Origin: Candidatus Nanohaloarchaea archaeon
GTDB lineage: Archaea; Nanohalarchaeota; Nanosalinia; Nanosalinales; Nanosalinaceae
Length of the DNA: 17,656 nt
Direction: 5' to 3'
Assembly: GCA_041640035.1 (NCBI GenBank)
Contig: JBEQBC010000014.1
Span: forward strand, 1-17,656
The notes under the pieces were generated by a model. That model saw nothing but the letters and a program-made list of their open reading frames with translations. It was not told the origin of the DNA and made no database searches. The translations under genes were made by a program, and so were the position numbers. This document shows, piece after piece, positions 16,960 through 17,656 of the stretch. Each line of letters begins with the position of its first letter. The stretch's first letter is position 1.

Positions 16960-17656
16960 ATGACAGAACAAGAAGACATAGATCTTGAAGAACTAGACGG
17001 CGTAGGAGGAAAAACAGCAGAAAGACTGGAAGATGAAGGACTAACCAACCTCATGGAAATCGCCAACATGAAAGCAGGCGAACTATCCGGAAGAGTCGAC
17101 GGAATCGGCGAATCAGCCGCAGAAAGCATCGTCAACTCCGCCAAAGACCTGGCAGATGTCGGAGGATTCGAGACCGGAACCGAGAAAATGGAACAAAGAA
17201 AGGAGATGAAGAAGATCGGTACCGCAAGCAGCCAGTTCAACGACCTGCTCGACGGCGGAATAGAAACACAGGCAATCACAGAACTATACGGAGAATTCAG
17301 TGCAGGAAAAACACAGATCGCACACCACCTCGCAGTAAATGTACAAAAAGACCCTGAAGACGGCGGAATGGGTAAAGGCGCAATCTACATCGACACAGAA
17401 GACACATTCACACCTGAAAGAGTCGAGCAAATGGCGGAAACACAGGGAATGGATCCTGATGAAGTACTGGATAACATCTTCGTAGCTAGAGCTTTCAACT
17501 CCGACCACCAGATGCTTCTGGCAGAAGAGGCCAAACAGATCTGCAACGACAACGACATCGGCTTGATCATAGTTGACTCTCTGATGGCTCACTTCCGTTC
17601 AGAGTATGTAGGACGAGGAGAACTGGCCAACAGACAGCAGAAACTGAACAAGCACA
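16960..17656 (+). CDS. radA: Recombinase RadA, 5' part (runs off the window; absent from ORF track)
   Basis: Manual translation [23 protein letters not shown]...[21 protein letters not shown]...[12 protein letters not shown]...[30 protein letters not shown]. Confidence 0.98.
   Translation, partial: MTEQEDIDLEELDGVGGKTAERLEDEGLTNLMEIANMKAGELSGRVDGIGESAAESIVNSAKDLADVGGFETGTEKMEQRKEMKKIGTASSQFNDLLDGGIETQAITELYGEFSAGKTQIAHHLAVNVQKDPEDGGMGKGAIYIDTEDTFTPERVEQMAETQGMDPDEVLDNIFVARAFNSDHQMLLAEEAKQICNDNDIGLIIVDSLMAHFRSEYVGRGELANRQQKLNKH

Overview
Halophilic DPANN archaeal chromosome segment, most likely Nanohaloarchaeota (Glu/Asp-rich proteins, A-rich coding strands, archaeal histone/RPA/RadA, singlet histone). 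Recognisable housekeeping genes: grpE-dnaK-dnaJ (each junction interrupted by an extra ORF), csaA, a purN-like formyltransferase, a dephospho-CoA kinase/PPAT fusion, glyoxalase I, a NikR-like regulator divergent to a ZIP transporter, histone, RPA and the 5' part of radA. The most unusual signals are non-coding. (1) A family of GTGTT-N11-AACAC palindromes (10-bp arms, 7-bp spacer) clusters at 9321-10812, two of them sitting exactly at gene ends and bracketing a ~240-bp convergent intergenic locus. (2) That locus holds three copies of an AAAGRAGGTATA box that also lies in tandem directly upstream of an uncharacterised winged-helix gene 9 kb away, suggesting an autoregulated protein plus a distal origin/centromere-like site. 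(3) A strongly base-paired region at 1-490 carries an unannotated 38-codon ORF. All calls come from reading the sequence by eye; no searches or folding programs were run.
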